From an uncultured bacterium (GTDB lineage: Bacteria > Patescibacteriota > Minisyncoccia > Phycocordibacterales > DATDWN01): a DNA stretch of 64,000 nucleotides. Below are positions 49,177 to 59,972 of the stretch, piece by piece. Every line of letters starts with the position of its first letter. Position 1 is the first letter of the stretch. Position numbers and translations under genes: made by a program. The notes beneath the pieces were generated by a model, which was not told the origin of the DNA, did no database searches, and was given only the letters and a program-made list of their open reading frames with translations. The stretch lies in NCBI GenBank assembly GCA_963727715.1, contig CAVSGX010000007.1, positions 36,688-100,687 on the forward strand, in the 5' to 3' direction.

Positions 49177-50286
49177 TTATCTGATACTTTCATATCCGCC
49201 AAGAATTCCTTTTGGCGACAAAACCAACTGCCAAAGCTCAATGTCTCGCGCTCGAAAAGCGCCGGCGCATGACAGAAGATAATATTTCCACATTCTGTAA
49301 AATTTATCGCCGTAATTATTTTTTATTTTGTCCCAATTTTTGTTGAAATTTTCAAACCAAGCCATAAGTGTCAAATCATAATACGAACCAAAACTGTGAA
49401 AATCCTCCAAGACAAAAATCTTTTCTATTGATTTTCCTATTTGCGATATGGATGGTATAAGACCGTTTGGGAAAATATATTTGTCTATCCATGGTTCAGT
49501 GGCCGTGACGGATTTGTTACCACCGATGGTGTGCAAAAGAAAAAGTCCATCGTCTGCCAGACAGTTTTTGGCCATTTTCATAAAAGTCTTGTAATTTTTA
49601 CGGCCGACATGTTCAAACATACCGAGGGAAACCACTCGATCAAACTTGCCAGAGACATCGCGGTAATCCATAAATTTGAATTCCACCGGCAAACCTTTGC
49701 ATAATTCCCTGCCGAGTTTTATCTGTTCTCCAGAAACAGTAATGCCGACACAGCTAACTCCATATTTCTCTGCGGCAAATTTCATAAAACTACCCCAGCC
49801 ACAGCCGATGTCTAAAACTTTCATGCCGGGTTTGAGACCGACTTTGCGACAAACCAGATCCAATTTTTTTTCTTGAGCTTCATCCAAATTTTGCGCATCT
49901 TTCCAATACCCACAAGTGTAAACCATCCGTTTGTCCAACATAGCTTTGTACAAATCATTGCCAATATCGTAATGTTTTTTGCCGATTTCAGAAGCTTTGG
50001 ATTTTTTCTGTAAATTGAAAATTCTGGCCTTCAAGGAATGAAAAATTAAATCGGCCGTTATCACTTTATCGGCTAAATTGGCGCGAATAATTTTGAAAAA
50101 GAATTCGTCCAGATTCGGCACATCCCACCAACCCTCAACATAAGATTCTCCCAGACCGACAGAACCACTGGTCAAAACACGATCATAAAATTTCTCGTTG
50201 TGAACAACAATGTCCCATGGTTGTGTTCCACCGATTGTGATATCGGCTTCGGCTAAAATTTTTTCGGCAATTTGTTTTGATTTCAT
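49177..50286 (-). CDS. cfa: Cyclopropane-fatty-acyl-phospholipid synthase
   Basis: SAM motif VLDIGCGWG. CMAS-family length and blocks. Confidence 0.8.
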   Translation of the reverse strand: MKSKQIAEKILAEADITIGGTQPWDIVVHNEKFYDRVLTSGSVGLGESYVEGWWDVPNLDEFFFKIIRANLADKVITADLIFHSLKARIFNLQKKSKASEIGKKHYDIGNDLYKAMLDKRMVYTCGYWKDAQNLDEAQEKKLDLVCRKVGLKPGMKVLDIGCGWGSFMKFAAEKYGVSCVGITVSGEQIKLGRELCKGLPVEFKFMDYRDVSGKFDRVVSLGMFEHVGRKNYKTFMKMAKNCLADDGLFLLHTIGGNKSVTATEPWIDKYIFPNGLIPSISQIGKSIEKIFVLEDFHSFGSYYDLTLMAWFENFNKNWDKIKNNYGDKFYRMWKYYLLSCAGAFRARDIELWQLVLSPKGILGGYESIR

Positions 50287-50295
50287 TTTTTTGAT

Positions 50296-51603
50296 TTAAA
50301 AACGAATAGGAGGTTTGCTCACAGTTTGGACAACTGCATTAATTAGATTAGTTGATCTGATGTGATTTTGCAACTGGGCTTTCCAGTTTTTTTGACCAAT
50401 GTCCACATCAGGCAAAACACCGTTCTGTTCTATCGGCTGGTTGTCGTCACGTAAAGTCAAATCTTTAACAATCAACAAAGAATAGCTTTTGTCCGGGTCA
50501 ATGACTGTTTTGATTGGAAAAGTGTCTTCTATTGTCCCCCAACCTCGAGTCTTTTGGCCAACCACTGTGGCTAGACGGAATCTTTTAAACATAGCGGTCA
50601 TAACTTCAGCTGTGGATTGAGTCATGCCGTCAGCCAAAACAGCGATCTCCTTATATCTCGAAAGTTCATCAAATTTTCCCGACGTGGTTCTTTCCACATC
50701 ATAATTCCCTTGGTGGAAAATATCGAAAGCATATTGGTTTTGGCCGACAAAAAGCCCGAAAAAATAAGGAGCAAAATCAAAAGATCCACCGATGTTGCCG
50801 CGCAAATCTATGATCATAGAATCAAGCGGTGTGGTACTGGCATTATCCACCGCTCTGGCAAATTCTTGAATTGTTGTTGGTGAAATTTTTTCAAAATACA
50901 AATAAAGGGTTGTGCCAACATTTCGGCTAAATACGGTTGGTTCCACCTTGTCCTGATCATAGAGAAATTTACTATTTTGGTTTGTCAGAACTTCTTCGGC
51001 ATAAGTGATTTGATCCAGTTGTGTTTTGGCCGAAGGAGATGTGCTGGCTTCCAGATCTGTTTTTTCTTTTTGATAAGCTGATTTGACATCTTCAATACTT
51101 GCTCCGTCTTGCAGACCGAGATTTTGATACAAATCATTTGATGGGTTAATGTTACTGACTTCCTGGCGCAAAGTTTTTTCCTGTGATGACGAAAGCAGGC
51201 TACCACGACCAGTCGGAGTCAAATTATACAAAGCAACAATGAGTGTATTGATCGCCAGCTGTCTTTCGGCATTGGTTGAGGTAGCATTTTGAAAAGTTGA
51301 AAAAAACATTTGGGCCGTGCCGGATCTGGTTGAAGTGGCAAGATTAGGCAAATCGGATAGATTGTCAGCTTTTTGCAAAGACAGCTGAAAAAGTTTCGCC
51401 AGGTCAGCTTCCCCGGCCTTCTGCCAATAATTTTGCAAAATCAAATCATAAGCTTCCATATCAAAACGAACAAAAGTGTTCGCTTCTTGCGGGGTTTTAT
51501 AATAAACAGCAGGTTTTTGCCAAAAATAAATTCCGGCCGAGCCGAAGATAATAACCAACACAATGCCGACAAAAAAATTGCGAATAATTTTCATAAAATA
51601 CAT
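50296..51603 (-). CDS. S41-family peptidase-like protein
   Basis: MIIDLRGNIGGS Ser-Lys dyad region. N-terminal TM. Confidence 0.6.
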   Translation of the reverse strand: MYFMKIIRNFFVGIVLVIIFGSAGIYFWQKPAVYYKTPQEANTFVRFDMEAYDLILQNYWQKAGEADLAKLFQLSLQKADNLSDLPNLATSTRSGTAQMFFSTFQNATSTNAERQLAINTLIVALYNLTPTGRGSLLSSSQEKTLRQEVSNINPSNDLYQNLGLQDGASIEDVKSAYQKEKTDLEASTSPSAKTQLDQITYAEEVLTNQNSKFLYDQDKVEPTVFSRNVGTTLYLYFEKISPTTIQEFARAVDNASTTPLDSMIIDLRGNIGGSFDFAPYFFGLFVGQNQYAFDIFHQGNYDVERTTSGKFDELSRYKEIAVLADGMTQSTAEVMTAMFKRFRLATVVGQKTRGWGTIEDTFPIKTVIDPDKSYSLLIVKDLTLRDDNQPIEQNGVLPDVDIGQKNWKAQLQNHIRSTNLINAVVQTVSKPPIRF

Positions 51604-51677
51604 ATTTTATTCTACACCAAAAAAACAAAAAACAGAAGGTTTTATCCTCCTGTTTTTTGCCATAGTTTTGTTAATTT

Positions 51678-52487
51678 TTAAAAACCGAAAAGATGAGCAA
51701 AGAATTGACCAATACCGCCGAAGAAACTTTTATGCGGTGTGGTTGTCGAGCCTGTAGCTGGCTTGCTCTGATCAATAACAGTTGAGGCTGTTACAGAATT
51801 ACCGCTCACTGCGCCTTGTACCACCACTTGGTCGCCAACTTTCAAACCGGAGATGGTTATTGTTGTTGATCCTTGCAAGAATTTGGAATTTGTCACATCA
51901 ATGGTATATGTTACATTGCTTTTGTTCGTGATAGTTAATGTGTTGCCGGAAATGACTGTGATTGCCCCACCAATAACCGGCTGGCCATTCCCCGCAACCA
52001 AGTTCGCTACCCCACCACTGGCATTGCCAGAGTTTTGCGAACCTCCACTCTTATCTACACCAAAACCGCGTCCCATTACTCCATCATGAATGCTTGTGGC
52101 CGTGACATTTGTGCCACTTACCGTGCCCTGCACCGCGACACTATCTCCGATAGCAATAGCCGACACTGTGCTTGCGACACTGGCTTTAGTCACAGTGGCA
52201 TTTGTGGCGTCAACTGTGTATATCACAGTCGTGCTCGTCGGGGGTGTTCCTGTTATTGTTGATTTGACAAATTGTTTGCCCGTCACAGTCAAAATATCAC
52301 CATTTATGGCCGACACCGTGCCGACCACAGCTGGTCGTACCATCCCAGTTCCTCCATGCATACCCCCCCTAGGGCCCCAACCGGGCGATGCTCCTGTGGC
52401 TGTTTGGGCAAATGCCTGGCTGGCAAAACCAAGTCCAGTCATTGCAAATACCATTAAAACTCCTAAAATATATTTTTTCATATTCAT
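51678..52487 (-). CDS. Secreted repeat protein (DUF5666-like beta repeats)
   Basis: Signal peptide. Repeated GTVS..NG..LT.T blocks. Paralogous to 34347-34760. Confidence 0.45.
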   Translation of the reverse strand: MNMKKYILGVLMVFAMTGLGFASQAFAQTATGASPGWGPRGGMHGGTGMVRPAVVGTVSAINGDILTVTGKQFVKSTITGTPPTSTTVIYTVDATNATVTKASVASTVSAIAIGDSVAVQGTVSGTNVTATSIHDGVMGRGFGVDKSGGSQNSGNASGGVANLVAGNGQPVIGGAITVISGNTLTITNKSNVTYTIDVTNSKFLQGSTTITISGLKVGDQVVVQGAVSGNSVTASTVIDQSKPATGSTTTPHKSFFGGIGQFFAHLFGF

Positions 52488-52576
52488 TTTTTAAAATTAA
52501 ATTAGCTGTTAACATAAAGACTCTCGCCTTTATGTATTAGGTACGCCTTATTGATTTAAAAAGTTGCATATTAATA

Positions 52577-53374
52577 CTAGGAGTGATGTCTAATTACAAA
52601 TTTCAAAGTTTCCCAAAGTGTTTGAAAACCGTAGGTAACACTGCGTTTAAAATTGATGGAGGAAGCTTCTCTGAAATACCTGACCGGCACAGGAATATCT
52701 CCAATAATATAATTTCCCCTAACCAAAGCAAAAAGCATTTGAGTGTCAAAAACAAAATCATCGGAAAATTTTTCAAAATCAATGTTTTGCAAAACTTCTT
52801 TTTTGTAAGCCCTCATACCGGTGTGCCATTCCGACAAGTTTCTGCCACTGGCCAAATTTTCAATCAGAGACAAAATTCTGTTGGCAAAATATTTGTAACG
52901 AGGCATACCACCGGACACAGCCTCCCTGCGACTGCGGATACGCGAACCAAGCATCACATCAAAATATCCTTCTCTCAAAAATTCAACAAAGTATTTTATC
53001 AATTTTGGATCGTATTGGTAATCTGGATGAAGCATAACCACAATATCCGCTCCATGTTCAATGGCCAGACGGTAACATTTTTTTTGATTTCCTCCATATC
53101 CTTTATTTCTATCGTGGTGGACAATTGTAAATAAAATTTTATTTATATTATTTTTGTTTTCATCCAAAGAAGTGGTTAGTCTGGGGTGACTGGCCACACT
53201 CGATTTTGCTTTTTCAATGGTTTTATCAACCGATGCGTCGTCAACCAAAATTATTTCATCAATAAAATCAAATGGAATATCTGAAATTGTATTTTGCAAA
53301 GTTGCTTCGGCGTTGTAGGCCGGCATAACCACAATGATTTTTCCATGATGAAATTTTGATTTTAACTGAACCAT
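52577..53374 (-). CDS. Glycosyltransferase family 2 (dolichyl-phosphate sugar synthase-like)
   Basis: Conserved GT2 N-terminus (VVMPAYNAEATL...DDASVD), DxD and ED motifs. Confidence 0.75.
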   Translation of the reverse strand: MVQLKSKFHHGKIIVVMPAYNAEATLQNTISDIPFDFIDEIILVDDASVDKTIEKAKSSVASHPRLTTSLDENKNNINKILFTIVHHDRNKGYGGNQKKCYRLAIEHGADIVVMLHPDYQYDPKLIKYFVEFLREGYFDVMLGSRIRSRREAVSGGMPRYKYFANRILSLIENLASGRNLSEWHTGMRAYKKEVLQNIDFEKFSDDFVFDTQMLFALVRGNYIIGDIPVPVRYFREASSINFKRSVTYGFQTLWETLKFVIRHHS

Positions 53375-54492
53375 GGCAGTAAATGATGTGTATAATTAAT
53401 CCAAAGAGACCGGCCAAGAAAAGCCATTGGGGAACCGATTAAAATAACAATGATAAATATTTTTAAAAACTTTCTGGCTTTTTCTTGTTGTTGTGAAGTT
53501 TTCAGAAAACTGAAATTTATTTCTTTGATGAAAGAAAAAATAAAAGATGGTAAGAAAATTTCCCAGATAAATATAATCGGCATAAAATAACGCGTGGCTT
53601 TGAAACGGGCCGAAAGAAATATGATGTAGAGAACGCAAGTCATACCGATTAGAACCATAGTGAAAACCGGAGGGACAACAGATTTTATTTTCTTGCGCAT
53701 TAAAATCAAAATAATGGAAAGAAAAATGGATACAAAAGCAAAAGACGAAATACTTATAACAGACAGAGTGCTCATATATGTCTGAGCATACTCGGCATAA
53801 TGATATAAAATTTTTGAAATCAAATCGTGAATATGTTGAATCGGCATCCACCACATAAACGGATCAAACAACCAGAAAAAGCCGACTGAAATGATTAATG
53901 TATAGAATATTTCTTTCCAATTTGTGACTTTTTTCAAAAGCAAGGCAAAAACAAAAACAGACACCGTGCCTATGTCCGCTCTGGTAGCTACCGAAAGACC
54001 AGCCAATAACGACCAGACGGCAAGCGTTTTTGTGTTAACTTTCTCTTTATTTTTATACAAAAATAAAGTCAATAAACATAAAAGTACAATAAACAAAGAA
54101 ACAACTGCGGATGGCGGAGTCGAAAGTTCGTAAAGAACATCCAAACCAAGAACGCCTAAAATGGAAATCCACCAAAAGTGATCCTTGTCTATTAAATAAC
54201 AAAGCAAACAAATAAAAGCCGAGAGCAAGGCATTAAAAAAAGCTAGAAAAATAATTAATGAGTCATCATAAGATTTACTGAAAAAATTATGAACAAAAAC
54301 AGTACCGTCAATAATAGGACCGCCGGGGTGCCCGTACGCCCAAGCCATGTTGAATTCTTGGCTATCCCCTGTCTGCACATACTGCGCCTGATGCGACCAC
54401 ATACCAAGATCAACAATACCCAGTTCAGATAATGTTACCCACTGGAAAAACCAAACAAACAGAAAAGCTATTATAAAAATATATTTTTTCAT
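53362..54492 (-). CDS. Polytopic membrane protein, possibly the glycosyltransferase partner of the GT2
   Basis: ~10 TM helices. Overlaps the GT2 stop. No firm family. Confidence 0.4.
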   Translation of the reverse strand: MKKYIFIIAFLFVWFFQWVTLSELGIVDLGMWSHQAQYVQTGDSQEFNMAWAYGHPGGPIIDGTVFVHNFFSKSYDDSLIIFLAFFNALLSAFICLLCYLIDKDHFWWISILGVLGLDVLYELSTPPSAVVSLFIVLLCLLTLFLYKNKEKVNTKTLAVWSLLAGLSVATRADIGTVSVFVFALLLKKVTNWKEIFYTLIISVGFFWLFDPFMWWMPIQHIHDLISKILYHYAEYAQTYMSTLSVISISSFAFVSIFLSIILILMRKKIKSVVPPVFTMVLIGMTCVLYIIFLSARFKATRYFMPIIFIWEIFLPSFIFSFIKEINFSFLKTSQQQEKARKFLKIFIIVILIGSPMAFLGRSLWINYTHHLLPWFS

Positions 54493-54550
54493 TATTATTG
54501 TTTCTCTGCATTATACTAAAACAGGTTCAGAATTTACAGTGAGAAACTAT

Positions 54551-54580
54551 AAAAAACAGTGTTTTGTAACACTGTTTTTT
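54551..54580. terminator. Perfect hairpin terminator
   Basis: aaaaaacagtgtt-ttgt-aacactgtttttt. Confidence 0.75.
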
Positions 54581-54599
54581 AAAATTTTCAATATTGAAT

Positions 54600-54881
54600 C
54601 TACTTTGCTGCCGGTGCGCTCTGAGCAGTTACTGGCACTGTTTGACCATACATCATAACAGGTTGCTGGTAGCGCATCATTTCATGATGATAACCATAGC
54701 CACCCTCGAAGGCTGCTTTGAATTCGCCGATTTGTACGCCGAAACCAAAAACCATCAAGATGACGACGATGCCCAAAACCCAGCGCAAAACATGAAAGCC
54801 CATGTGGTGTCCGGTGCATCCGCACATGCCGTTGTGGCATTTGTGGCCGTACCAATTTTGTTGCTGTTCGTTTTCTTGCAT
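54600..54881 (-). CDS. His/Cys/Met-rich small membrane protein (putative metal-binding)
   Basis: HKCHNGMCGCTGHHMGFH segment, one TM, then GYGYHHEMMRYQQPVMMYG. Last gene of the second efflux locus. Confidence 0.45.
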   Translation of the reverse strand: MQENEQQQNWYGHKCHNGMCGCTGHHMGFHVLRWVLGIVVILMVFGFGVQIGEFKAAFEGGYGYHHEMMRYQQPVMMYGQTVPVTAQSAPAAK

Positions 54882-54952
54882 ATTTTAAAATTATTAATTG
54901 ATAATGTGCATTAATTGTATCATAAAAAATTAAAATGCAAATTTTTTATTCT

Positions 54953-56203
54953 TTATTCATATCTTAATGCCTCAATTGGATCAAGTTTAGCCGCTTCACG
55001 GGCCGGGAAAACACCGAAGAAAATGCCGATGGCCGCCGAAACGCCGAAAGCCAAGACGATAGCGTAAACGGGGACCGAAAAACTCCAAGCCAAATGAGTT
55101 GAAGTAGCGATAATCGATACCAACCAACCAAGAACAGCTCCTAAACAGATGCCGACCAATCCTCCGGCCACTGTGACCAAAATGGCTTCAATTAAAAATT
55201 CGTTTAAAATGTCCGACTCGGTCGCTCCAAGAGCTTTTTTCAAACCGATTTCGGAGGTGCGTTCGGTCACCACCACATACATAATGTTCATAATACCCAC
55301 TCCGCCAACTATGAGAGAAATGGTGGCAATGGCGATGAGCAAATAGGTAATGCCGTTGAAAATAGTGTTGAATGTATCCATAGCCTGGGCTTGTGATTGA
55401 ACTGAAAAATCGTCTTTGGCCGGATCAGTGATGTTGTGATTGTGTTCCATTAAAGATGTGATCTGCACAACAGTGGCATCGGCCGAGTTCATATCGGAAA
55501 TTTCCACAATGCCGACTGATATGTAATCTATACCGAGCATTTTTCTTTGGGCCGTAACAAGCGGTATAAAAACAATGTCATCAGATTCGGACAAAGCACC
55601 TTGCGGAGTGTAAACACCGACAACTTGAAAATTCAAATTGCCAAGTCTAAACAGTTTGCCAATTGGGTCATCTTGCCCAAAAAGATCCTTGGCCACCGTG
55701 GCTCCCAAAATAGCTACTTGTGACCCACCGTCATCCTCGCTTTGAGTATAAAATCGTCCCTCGGCTAAAGTAGTTTTATCAATGTTAAATCTTTCCGCTC
55801 CGGCACCGTAATAAATAAGGCTTTTTTTGTTGTCGCGATAGCTGGCAAAAGCTTGACCGGTGACAATTCCATAATCATCCACAACGCCGGATAATTTTTT
55901 AATGTCATCCAGATCGCGTTGTTTGAAACTGGAAATGGTCACACCGGAAAAGGCCGACGAGATGCCGGCTTGCGATGCTGAAGCGGCGCGGTTTTTAGTT
56001 GTCGGCGGAACGCGAATTTTGATAAACAGAGTGTTGCTGCCAAAAGTTTGCACCTGCGCGTTGATTAGTGACCGAAACCCTTCGCCGGCCGACAACACCA
56101 AAATGACAGTGGCGATACCGATGACAATACCAAGCATGGTCAGAGCTGTCCTGACTCGATTGGCCCGCAAGGCCTTGATGGATTGTTTGATGGCAGTTAG
56201 CAT
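54953..56203 (-). CDS. MacB-like ABC transporter permease (FtsX domain)
   Basis: N-terminal TM plus periplasmic domain plus FtsX four-TM (ERTSEIGLKKALGA). Confidence 0.85.
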   Translation of the reverse strand: MLTAIKQSIKALRANRVRTALTMLGIVIGIATVILVLSAGEGFRSLINAQVQTFGSNTLFIKIRVPPTTKNRAASASQAGISSAFSGVTISSFKQRDLDDIKKLSGVVDDYGIVTGQAFASYRDNKKSLIYYGAGAERFNIDKTTLAEGRFYTQSEDDGGSQVAILGATVAKDLFGQDDPIGKLFRLGNLNFQVVGVYTPQGALSESDDIVFIPLVTAQRKMLGIDYISVGIVEISDMNSADATVVQITSLMEHNHNITDPAKDDFSVQSQAQAMDTFNTIFNGITYLLIAIATISLIVGGVGIMNIMYVVVTERTSEIGLKKALGATESDILNEFLIEAILVTVAGGLVGICLGAVLGWLVSIIATSTHLAWSFSVPVYAIVLAFGVSAAIGIFFGVFPAREAAKLDPIEALRYE

Positions 56204-56254
56204 TTTGATTTTTGTATTTTTACTTATTACCTCTTACTCCTTACTTTTTGTTTT

Positions 56255-57526
56255 CTATTCATATCTCAACGCTTCAATCGGATCCAATTTGGCCGCTTTG
56301 AAAGATGGGTAAAGACCGAAAACCACGCCAGTCAAAATACTAACACTGACAGCTGAAATGATTGACCATGGCGAAATGACAAAGGCCCAGTCGTAGCCGA
56401 GATGTTGCATAAGAATAGCCATCAGAAATGAAATAATCACACCAACTATGATACCGATTGCCCCACCCAAAGAAGTCAAGGTGCCGGCTTCAAGCAAAAA
56501 TTGCTTCATTATGTTTCCACTTGTTGCCCCGACGGCTTTGCGTAAACCTATTTCGCGAGTGCGTTCAGCCACAGTCACCAACATAATGTTAAGAATGCCG
56601 ATACCACCGACGAGAAGAGCGATGGCAGCCATTGATGTCAGAAACAAACTCAAAGCATCAGTAATCGTTTTGAGGAGCGATACCGCCGTATCGGTGCTAC
56701 GCACGGTGAAATCAATGTTATCGGCACTTTGGATGTGGTGCATTTGGGTCATTACTCTGGTTACGTCATCTATTGTTTGACTGACATCGTCCGCTGAATC
56801 AACTTTCAGATTAATGGCTTGTAAATGGTGGACGCCAAGAAGTTGCTCCTGCCCAATAGTTAAAGGTAAAAACAACTGGTCATCCATATCTTGAAAAAAA
56901 ACCGTACCACGAGGAGAAACTACACCAACCACTCGCAGTGGCACACCACCGGGCTCTGTTTGCGAAGCGTTGCGCACTTTGATCACCTGCCCTATCGGAT
57001 CAACACCTGTGCCATCAAAAAGTTCGCTGGCCACCGTTGAACCAAGCACTACAACATTGGCTCCTCCGTCAGCATCATTGCCTGCCATAAATTGACCCTC
57101 TCTCATAGTGAAATTCATCACACCTGAATAGCCAGAATCGGTGCCGACAAAATTGGTGTCAACGCTTTTGTTTTGCCAAGCCACTGTGGCTGTGCCTCTG
57201 ACCATGGCATTGACTGCCACGGCATGTGGCACATTGGTGGGAGAACGCAAAGCCTCGGCGTCGGAGTTAACCAGTGTTGTGATGACAATGCCAAAAACCT
57301 GCGCCGGCGGGCCTTTCGGGTCGCTTTGCCCCGGTTGAATGGACAAAAGATTACTGCCGAGCTTGTTCACTTGACCCAAAACCAGAGATTGCGCTCCAGC
57401 GCCGAGTGAAATGATAATAATCACACCAGCCACACCGATAATAATGCCAAGCATCGTCAAAACAGACCGGCCCTTGCGGGCCAAAAGGTTGCGAATGGTC
57501 ATTTTGATGGTGGAGAGAAAATTCAT
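56255..57526 (-). CDS. MacB-like ABC transporter permease (FtsX domain), second copy
   Basis: Same architecture (ERTREIGLRKAVGA). Confidence 0.85.
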   Translation of the reverse strand: MNFLSTIKMTIRNLLARKGRSVLTMLGIIIGVAGVIIIISLGAGAQSLVLGQVNKLGSNLLSIQPGQSDPKGPPAQVFGIVITTLVNSDAEALRSPTNVPHAVAVNAMVRGTATVAWQNKSVDTNFVGTDSGYSGVMNFTMREGQFMAGNDADGGANVVVLGSTVASELFDGTGVDPIGQVIKVRNASQTEPGGVPLRVVGVVSPRGTVFFQDMDDQLFLPLTIGQEQLLGVHHLQAINLKVDSADDVSQTIDDVTRVMTQMHHIQSADNIDFTVRSTDTAVSLLKTITDALSLFLTSMAAIALLVGGIGILNIMLVTVAERTREIGLRKAVGATSGNIMKQFLLEAGTLTSLGGAIGIIVGVIISFLMAILMQHLGYDWAFVISPWSIISAVSVSILTGVVFGLYPSFKAAKLDPIEALRYE

Positions 57527-57591
57527 GATAAGTTATAAAATCAGAAAATTACGATCTTATTATTTTCTTTTTGAAAATATTTTTGTTATTT

Positions 57592-58308
57592 TTATTTCCG
57601 GAGTACCCCATCATCTGAAGCAATGGTGCGCTTTAGCACTTTTTCGTCACCGACGATCAGGCCGTCTTTGATGTGAATGATGCGTTTGGCGTGATTGGCT
57701 GTGTCCATTTCGTGGGTGACCAAAATAATAGTGCGACCGGAGTCGTTTAATTTTTGCAAAATTTCCAGCACAGCATTGCCGGACTTTGAGTCTAGGTTAC
57801 CCGTAGGCTCGTCGGCAAAAATAACCGCTGGATCGCAGACCAAAGCCCGAGCGATGGCTACGCGCTGTTTTTCTCCGCCGGAAATTTGGTTTGTAAAATA
57901 ATCCAGGCGATGCGAAAGCCCGACATCAGCCAGCGCCTTGCGCGCCAAGTCGTCCTGATTTTTTTTCTTGCTGTAAATCAGTGGCAATTTAACATTATCC
58001 AAAACGGTCGTACGCGGAAGAAGATTAAAAGATTGAAAAACGAAACCAATTTTTTCGTTGCGAAGTTTGGCCAGATAATTTTTGTCAAAATTTTTGGTAT
58101 CTTCTCCTTCAAACTCAAAAAACCCGCTAGTTGGTCTATCCAGAAAAGAAAGGATGTGCATCAAGGTTGATTTGCCGGAGCCGGACGGTCCCATGATGGC
58201 CACAAATTCGCCGAGCTCCATCCGAAAATCCACGCCGTGCAAAACCGGCGTCAGAACGCCGTCATTTTCGTAATCCTTTTTCAAATTTTCAACATTTATT
58301 AAAGACAT
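57592..58308 (-). CDS. ABC transporter ATP-binding protein (MacB/LolD-type)
   Basis: [34 protein letters not shown]. Confidence 0.9.
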   Translation of the reverse strand: MSLINVENLKKDYENDGVLTPVLHGVDFRMELGEFVAIMGPSGSGKSTLMHILSFLDRPTSGFFEFEGEDTKNFDKNYLAKLRNEKIGFVFQSFNLLPRTTVLDNVKLPLIYSKKKNQDDLARKALADVGLSHRLDYFTNQISGGEKQRVAIARALVCDPAVIFADEPTGNLDSKSGNAVLEILQKLNDSGRTIILVTHEMDTANHAKRIIHIKDGLIVGDEKVLKRTIASDDGVLRK

Positions 58309-58311
58309 TAA

Positions 58312-59907
58312 TTATTTCATATATGTCACGATTTTCTGCCCTTCCGAAAGCCCGCTTATAATTTCGGTCAGTCCACCGTCGGCTTCAAGGCCGGTTTTTA
58401 CTTCCACTAAATGATAGGTGTTTTTCTTCGAGTCATCTATTACTTTGACATATTGCCCATTGCTTTGATTGATAATGGCGCTGGACGGAACAGCCAAAAC
58501 ATTTGTCGTCGAAGCAACCAAAATGGTCATGTTGGCGGTCATGCCCGGTTTTACATCAGGGATGTTATTCAGTGACCCAGTCACTTTGTAATCAACCACA
58601 CCGGAAATGACGACAGACGCCGGATTTACGGTCAGCACTTTGCTTGTGAAATGTTGGTTTGGGCCAAGCGCGTCAAATGTGTTGTCGATGGATTGTCCCA
58701 CCGCCACCGAAGCAATATCCGCTTCACTGACATCGGCTTCTGTGTGAAGATTGCCTACATCCTGCAAAATCATAACTTCCTTTAGTGCTTGTGCTTGTTC
58801 TCCAAGCTTCACGTCTACTTGGGTGATCGTTCCGTTTGTTGGGGCGCGCAGAACGGTATTGTTTAAATTGGCCTGTGCCAAATCCACTTGACCTTGAGCG
58901 GACAAAACTTGAGCCTGAGCAATATCCAAATCCTCGGTGCGGGCTGGAGCTTGTTTTAGCGAAAGCACCGCATTGGCCGAGTCCAGTGAAGATTGGGCGC
59001 TACGCACAGCTTGGCTCTCGTTTATTAGCGTCGTGGAAAGGCTGTCAATGGTCGTTTTGGCCGATGTCACAGCTGTTTGATCCGCTGTCAAAATTGTTTG
59101 GCTACCGCTTGAGGTTAGTTGGGTATAACTGCTCAAAATGTTTATAACATCCGCAAGATAATTGCTAACATTGGAAAGATATGACAGTGAATCGGAGACA
59201 ACTTTATCAACATTGTCATTTGAAACACTAACCACTTCGGTCTGCCAAATCGGAAGAATTGAATTTATTGTCACACGTTCATTGTTTACATTGCTGACAA
59301 GTTGCTGATTGGTTTGGACTGTCCCGGCAATGCCGAATTGCGGGGATGAAGATTGTGGATTGGAAAATAAATTGTTAGTGGCGGACAAAACAGTTGTATT
59401 GGCGCTACTTTGAGCCAATGAAAGTTCGTTCAACAAATCTTGTTTGGCATTAAGAAGCGTTGTAGAGGCAACTTCAACCGCAGCTTGACTGACTGCTACG
59501 TCCTGCGGAGTGGCCGCCGCCAAAATCTTCTCGTAATTGGCCTTGGCGGAAGCCAGAGACCCCTGCGCGCTGTGAAGCGAAGCCAAAGCGTTGCTCTGAT
59601 CCAAAGTGGCCAAAACCTGCCCGGCATAGACTTTGTCACCCTCGGCCACATTGAGCGACTCAACCACCCCAGTAGTTTGAAAACTCAAATCCAAATCTGT
59701 TGAGCTGACCACTTGGCCGGTAGTTAAAACGGTTTTTTGCAAATCTTGCCTTTGGACCACACCTGTTTGAATGCCAGAAGCCAAACCACCACGACCAAAA
59801 AGCAAAAACCATCCGCCAAAAACAACAACGAGAATCACAATCGTCCAAATTACCCTTTTTTGCATCAGAAAAGTTTTTATTCTCATTATCATTGTTGCGG
59901 TTTGCAT
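58312..59907 (-). CDS. HlyD/MacA-family periplasmic adaptor
   Basis: N-terminal TM, coiled coil, beta-barrel. Confidence 0.8.
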   Translation of the reverse strand: MQTATMIMRIKTFLMQKRVIWTIVILVVVFGGWFLLFGRGGLASGIQTGVVQRQDLQKTVLTTGQVVSSTDLDLSFQTTGVVESLNVAEGDKVYAGQVLATLDQSNALASLHSAQGSLASAKANYEKILAAATPQDVAVSQAAVEVASTTLLNAKQDLLNELSLAQSSANTTVLSATNNLFSNPQSSSPQFGIAGTVQTNQQLVSNVNNERVTINSILPIWQTEVVSVSNDNVDKVVSDSLSYLSNVSNYLADVINILSSYTQLTSSGSQTILTADQTAVTSAKTTIDSLSTTLINESQAVRSAQSSLDSANAVLSLKQAPARTEDLDIAQAQVLSAQGQVDLAQANLNNTVLRAPTNGTITQVDVKLGEQAQALKEVMILQDVGNLHTEADVSEADIASVAVGQSIDNTFDALGPNQHFTSKVLTVNPASVVISGVVDYKVTGSLNNIPDVKPGMTANMTILVASTTNVLAVPSSAIINQSNGQYVKVIDDSKKNTYHLVEVKTGLEADGGLTEIISGLSEGQKIVTYMK

Positions 59908-59972
59908 TTTGTTTTTGATTTTAATTAGCGATTGATGATAAAAGTATAACCTAAAAGTAAACTGGATTCAAC